From Candidatus Rokuibacteriota bacterium (GTDB taxonomy: Bacteria > Methylomirabilota > Methylomirabilia > Rokubacteriales > CSP1-6): a stretch of DNA of 60,030 nucleotides. The DNA lies in the NCBI GenBank assembly GCA_016209635.1, contig JACQWC010000130.1, forward strand, positions 1-60,030, written 5' to 3'. Below, piece after piece: positions 55,726 to 60,030 of the stretch; the stretch's first letter is position 1; every line of letters starts with the position of its first letter. A model generated the notes under the pieces. It had not been told where the DNA came from. It made no database searches and worked only from the letters and a program-made list of their open reading frames with translations. Both the position numbers and the translations under genes were made by a program.

Positions 55726-57152
55726 CGTGCCGCGAAGGCTCCCTCGGGGCGGAGCGCGGTGACCGTGTACTCGTTTCTGGGATTCCAGAGCATCCACCCG
55801 GCCCCGCCCGCGTCGTCCGCCCCCCGGATCTGCGCGCGGATCTCCGCCTCGGCGAAGACCCGCCGGTCGAACGCGTAGTCGCGGAAGTCCTGGATCCACG
55901 GTCGCACGCGGACCTGCGCCGCGCCCGAGCGCTTGCGGATCAGCCGGACGCTCTCGCGCACCACCTGGTAGGGGTGCTCGACGGGGTTCCGGTAGCCCGG
56001 GATGCCGCGGTGGTATCCGGAGGGATAGACCATCGGGCAGATGTAATCGAGGTGCGGGACGAGCTGCTCGATGCGCTGACCGATGTCCGTGTCGTTCTCG
56101 TTGAACGCGGTGTAGCCGAAGACGTCGGCGGCGACGAACGCGCCCATCGGGCCCAGCTCGCGGCGGGCGCGCGCGAGGAAGCCGGCGATCGCCGGCAGCC
56201 GGGTCTCCCGGTTGTTCGGCTTCGCGTACTGCGCGGCGCCGAGACGGCCGTCGGTGGGGAAGCGCACGTAGTCGAACTGCACCTCGTCGAACCCCTTCCG
56301 GACGGCCTCCCGGGCGAGCCCGATGTTGTAGTCCCAGACCTCCTCGCGGAAGGGGTCGACCCACGCGAGCCGCTCGTTGTCGATCCACGGCTGGCCCGTC
56401 CGCGCGTCGCGGACCGCCCAGTCCGGACGGTGGGAGGCGAGGACGTTGTCCTTGAAGACGACGATGCGGGCGATCGTGTAGATGCCCCGCGCCTTGAGGC
56501 CGGCGAGGAGCCCCTCGACGTCCCGGAGGACCGCGGGCCCCTGGGCCCCCGCCTCGACCGCGAGCGGCACCTCCGTGCGATAGAGGATCCAGCCCCGGTC
56601 CCCCTTGACGTCGATCACGACGGCGTTCAGCTCGGTGCGGTCGACCGCGTCGAGGACGCGACCGCGGATCGCCCGGTCCGTGACGCCGTAGTACGTGAGG
56701 TACGCCGCCTTCACCACGTGCGGGCTGAGGATGACCTCGAGGTCGCCCCGCGTGGGCTCCACGGTCACCTTCGCGTAGCCCGGCATCTTGACGAGGAGCG
56801 GCATCCTGGGCCCCACCTCGTCCAGGACGAACGTCCCGTCCTCCGAGGTGGTGACCTCGGCGCCGTTGGCGACGACCGAAGCGCCGGCGAGCGGCTTCCG
56901 GTCGGCGTCGACCACCCGGCCCCTGACGTCGGCGGGCCAGGTCTCGCCCGAGCCCGCCCGCACGGATTCCGGGCCGGGGAGCGCACCGGTCCCGTTCGCA
57001 GCCTGCCGAGCCGAGGCGAGGGTGATCGCGCGGAGCGGGTAGGGGACCAGGAGCCCGTAGCCCGTGAGGATCGCCAGCAGCAGGAGGCACACCGCAAAGC
57101 CCCCGTCGACGAGAAAGCGTCGCCCGGCAGCCTCCGCTGGTCGATCCGGCAT
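55722..57152 (-). CDS. Putative glycoside hydrolase (DUF4015) with carboxypeptidase-regulatory-like domain (start uncertain, possibly 57206)
   Basis: NAVVIDVKGDRG, IARIVVFKD, GFDEVQFDYVRFP, PMVYPS, RPWIQDF, LWNPRNEY. Confidence 0.85.
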   Translation of the reverse strand: MPDRPAEAAGRRFLVDGGFAVCLLLLAILTGYGLLVPYPLRAITLASARQAANGTGALPGPESVRAGSGETWPADVRGRVVDADRKPLAGASVVANGAEVTTSEDGTFVLDEVGPRMPLLVKMPGYAKVTVEPTRGDLEVILSPHVVKAAYLTYYGVTDRAIRGRVLDAVDRTELNAVVIDVKGDRGWILYRTEVPLAVEAGAQGPAVLRDVEGLLAGLKARGIYTIARIVVFKDNVLASHRPDWAVRDARTGQPWIDNERLAWVDPFREEVWDYNIGLAREAVRKGFDEVQFDYVRFPTDGRLGAAQYAKPNNRETRLPAIAGFLARARRELGPMGAFVAADVFGYTAFNENDTDIGQRIEQLVPHLDYICPMVYPSGYHRGIPGYRNPVEHPYQVVRESVRLIRKRSGAAQVRVRPWIQDFRDYAFDRRVFAEAEIRAQIRGADDAGGAGWMLWNPRNEYTVTALRPEGAFAAR

Positions 57153-57222
57153 GGTGAGGTTGACGATACCGGACCGCGCGCGGCGAGCCAAAGGGTTTTT
57201 TCGCATCGTACAATCCGTGCCG

Positions 57223-58065
57223 ATGGATTTCGCTCGATTCGGCTGTGAGGGGGCGAGGAGCCGCATCATCCGGGCGAACGGTCTCGGGCTACACCTCCTC
57301 GAGTCGGGGCAGCCGGGCCGGCCCGGCCTCTGCTTCCTCCACGGCGGCTCGGCCCACGCCCACTGGTTCGACCTGGTAACGCCGGCCCTGAGCGACCGGC
57401 TTCACGTGGTCTCCGTCGACCAGCGCGGCCACGGCGAGAGCGAGTGGCCGACGGATCCCGCCTACGCCACCGAGGACTTCGCCGCCGACCTCGTCGGCGT
57501 GCTGGACGGGCTCGGGTGGGATCGCGCAGTGCTGGTGGGGCACTCGATGGGGGGCCACAACGCGATGTGCTTCGCCGCGTGGCACCCGGAGCGGGTGCGG
57601 GGGCTGGTGATCGTCGACTCGAGACCCTCCATTCCCCCCGAGCGGCTCGAGCGCCTGCGGGAGCGCGGTCACCGTCTGCGGCGCGGCCACCCGACGCTCG
57701 AGTCGGCGGTCCGGGCCTTCCGCCTGCTCCCGCGGGAGACCGTCGCCGACAGGCACCTTCTCGCCCACCTGGCCCGGGCGGGCCTGGTGCAGCGGAACGG
57801 CGCCTGGAGCTACCGGTTCGACCCGCGGTGCAACAGCTCCCGCCGGCCCGCGGACGCCTGCCGCCTGCTCGACCGCATTGAGGCGCCGGCGCTCATCGTG
57901 CGCGCCGAGTTGAGCCCGATCCTCCCGGTGGAGCTGGCCGCGCGCATGCGCGACGCGATCCGGGGGGCGTCGCTCGTGGAGATCCCCGGGGCGTACCACC
58001 ACGTCGTGCTGGACGCGCCCCAGGCCTTCACGGGCGTGCTCGAGGAGTTCCTCGCGCGTCTCTAG
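57223..58065 (+). CDS. Alpha/beta hydrolase
   Basis: LHGG, DQRGHG, GHSMGG, YHHVVLD. Confidence 0.9.
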   Translation: MDFARFGCEGARSRIIRANGLGLHLLESGQPGRPGLCFLHGGSAHAHWFDLVTPALSDRLHVVSVDQRGHGESEWPTDPAYATEDFAADLVGVLDGLGWDRAVLVGHSMGGHNAMCFAAWHPERVRGLVIVDSRPSIPPERLERLRERGHRLRRGHPTLESAVRAFRLLPRETVADRHLLAHLARAGLVQRNGAWSYRFDPRCNSSRRPADACRLLDRIEAPALIVRAELSPILPVELAARMRDAIRGASLVEIPGAYHHVVLDAPQAFTGVLEEFLARL

Positions 58066-58262
58066 CCTGCTTCATTTGACAGAGCATCCCCGGCGCGCGA
58101 CGTCCGACCCTGGCGCCGAACAGCCGCTCGCCCACCGGCTCAGCCTCCCGCCTTCACCTGGACGCCAGCGAGCCTGCTCGAGGGATTCGCCGTTAGGTTC
58201 GTGCGCGTGCGAGGCCAGGTCGACGTCCAGGGAGGGCCTTTGAAGGTCCTACGCTCTCGGGC

Positions 58263-58928
58263 TCAGCGCGGGAACGTCTTGACGTAGACGCTGGGAGAGC
58301 CGGGGGCGTGACGCATGTGCGGGCGGATGCGCGCCGTCACCGGAGACGCGTCCCGCTGGGCGAGCCAGGCGGCGCCCTCCGACACCTTCGGATGCTCGAA
58401 CTCGTAGAGCGTGAGATAGGTCGGCGTGCCAGTCACGGCGCGATAGCGCCGTCCGCGGATCACACCGGGGACCTTCTCGTAGTTGGGGACGTAGATCGTG
58501 TTGTACCAGATGTTGAACTCCGCATCGACCTCGGGCGGCACGTCCATGCGGCCGATCTGGAGGGCCGGCGCCATGTCGCTGGCGGCGATCTCGGGCGTGA
58601 GCGCCGCCGGATGGATCATCGTGTAGACATTGCGGATGTACGTGGTGGCGATGGTCGTGGGGCCCGAACGCTTCGTCCGTTCCGTGGGATTGGCCTGGAC
58701 GCGCCGGTAGGCCTCGCTCTCGAGCACTGCGGCGCCCTCGAGCTCGTAGCAGGCTAGATGCTTGGGCCCGCCTTTCACCGCTTCGTATCGAGCTCCGCTG
58801 AGGAAGCCGGGCACGGAGAGCCGCTCGGCCAGGTGCTCCTCGTTGTACCAGCGGTTGAACTCCTCCTCCTGCTCCGGAGGAACGTCGGCCCAGACCATCA
58901 GCAGCGCCGTGCCCTTCTTCGCCCCCAT
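58263..58928 (-). CDS. Tandem dimeric alpha-beta barrel (EthD/DUF4286-like) protein
   Basis: Duplicated EFNxWYN...VPG...RYxAV...YE. Confidence 0.8.
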   Translation of the reverse strand: MGAKKGTALLMVWADVPPEQEEEFNRWYNEEHLAERLSVPGFLSGARYEAVKGGPKHLACYELEGAAVLESEAYRRVQANPTERTKRSGPTTIATTYIRNVYTMIHPAALTPEIAASDMAPALQIGRMDVPPEVDAEFNIWYNTIYVPNYEKVPGVIRGRRYRAVTGTPTYLTLYEFEHPKVSEGAAWLAQRDASPVTARIRPHMRHAPGSPSVYVKTFPR

Positions 58929-59069
58929 GTGACGCTCCTTTCATCCCGGCCCCGCCGGTCGGGGCGCGGACGGCCTTGACCGAATCCTCCTTCCCCGCGA
59001 GGCATTCGGCGTCGCCGTGTGGCTCCTGCCCGCGCTGACACGGAAGGAGCACCGATTAACGGACGGCGT

Positions 59070-59645
59070 TCACTTCGCCCGAGCGCGATCCGTGATCGAC
59101 CGGTAGATGGTTTCGCGGATGCCGGCCGCCAGCTCGCGCGGCAGGGGCGGCGGCTGGCTGCGCTCGGCACTGGTCCGGACGCCGATGATCGGGACCGATC
59201 GGTCAAGGCCGACCACGGGCATCCAGATGATATCCTCACGCGTCGCCTCGAGGGCCCGCCTGCGCGATTCCACGGCCGGGGCTGGGACGCCGTCGAATGC
59301 CGCGAAGTAGAGCGCCCCGCCGGGCGGCACATCCAACAGGGCCGAGACGTCGCCGTCCGGACCGCGATAGAGATTGCGGCTCCAATCCGTGATGTGGGGC
59401 GCCCATTCGGCAAACCCCCAGTTCTTCTTGTACACCGGGGTCGTGAAGGCCTCGGGCGTCTCGACAACCCAGAGGGTCAGGTACGTGATCGTCTGATCGA
59501 GCCCTGCCGCGCGGTAGCGCTGCCCCGACAGGAAGAATGGCTGGGTCAGCATCTCGGCGAGCTTTGGTCCGCTGTACCAGGCATTCCAGCCGTCCTCGAG
59601 ATCCGGCCGGGAGAAGTTACATCGCACGGCGTAGACGAAGCTCAC
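59070..59645 (-). CDS. Hypothetical protein, EthD-like N-terminus
   Basis: WNAWY...FLSGQRY...YLTLW. Confidence 0.65.
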   Translation of the reverse strand: MSFVYAVRCNFSRPDLEDGWNAWYSGPKLAEMLTQPFFLSGQRYRAAGLDQTITYLTLWVVETPEAFTTPVYKKNWGFAEWAPHITDWSRNLYRGPDGDVSALLDVPPGGALYFAAFDGVPAPAVESRRRALEATREDIIWMPVVGLDRSVPIIGVRTSAERSQPPPLPRELAAGIRETIYRSITDRARAK

Positions 59646-59690
59646 GAGGTCTCGAGCCCCTGGCGCACTGTCGCCTCCCCGCTCCTGCGG

Positions 59691-60030
59691 TCAGCGCGCC
59701 AGGGCCCGGGCCCCGTAGCGGCGGTAGCAGCGCACGGCATTGTCCCAGAAGAGCTTGCGCTTGACCGCCTCCGAGAGCGAGGTCCAGCCCAGGACAGTCT
59801 CGACGGACTTGGGGAACCAGCTCTCCGAGTGCGGGTAGTCGGTCGCGAACATCAGGGTGTCCTCGCCCAGGACCTCGATGGCTTGGCGCAGCGTGAGAGC
59901 ACCCTCGTAGAGCTTGATGCTCTGGAAGTTCTGCGGTCCGCGCACGTACTCGCTGGGCTTCAGCTTGAGCGGCGGCAGCGCGTGCCGGCACATCTCGGCC
60001 AGCTCGTCGAGACGCGCCGCCCACGACGGG
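59691..60030 (-). CDS. Amidohydrolase_2 family protein (5' end outside window)
   Basis: KPSEY, MFATDYPHSES, KLFWDNA. Confidence 0.85.
   Translation of the reverse strand, partial: PSWAARLDELAEMCRHALPPLKLKPSEYVRGPQNFQSIKLYEGALTLRQAIEVLGEDTLMFATDYPHSESWFPKSVETVLGWTSLSEAVKRKLFWDNAVRCYRRYGARALAR

Noticed and set aside
58066-58077. 12-mer CCTGCTTCATTT shared with 23831-23842
   Set aside because: Matches of this length are expected by chance in 60 kb; the flanks do not extend and no transposase is present.
58140-58250. Long imperfect hairpin (CCTGGACG/CGTCCAGG) between convergent genes
   Set aside because: Such pairing is common at this GC content and no RNA family motif is recognisable.

Overview
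Very GC-rich bacterial chromosomal segment. Gene content and style suggest Candidatus Rokubacteria/Methylomirabilota, which is inference only. It holds about 55 mostly metabolic genes; I found no rRNA, tRNA, CRISPR array or transposase. In order: a divergent polyamine locus (speD versus pdaD-speB-methyltransferase-rlmI-like), a Phd/VapC toxin-antitoxin pair, a kinase/response regulator/HD-GYP block, alaS, an aminotransferase-MaoC-ThDP-rhodanese run, an N-terminally extended FabH, a UGA-containing thioredoxin-fold selenoprotein with SECIS, glutamate dehydrogenase opposite a sigma54 porin, a 2-hydroxyisobutyryl-CoA mutase cluster (hcmB-ligase-hcmA), acyl-CoA ligase/thiolase/DUF35, a hydantoinase plus double MmgE/PrpD block, several internally deleted gene remnants, an orphan GAF-PilB ATPase, chrB-MFS and a peptidoglycan-processing cluster. 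Best leads: (1) an 11-codon uORF (MAGTDKGGPVD) with its own SD, coupled to the TTG start of speD, a candidate polyamine-sensing leader peptide; (2) the UxxC selenoprotein that the ORF track splits in two; (3) the HCM cluster; (4) an AT-rich structured RNA candidate; (5) apparently widespread leaderless transcription. All family assignments come from motif recognition by eye; no searches were run.
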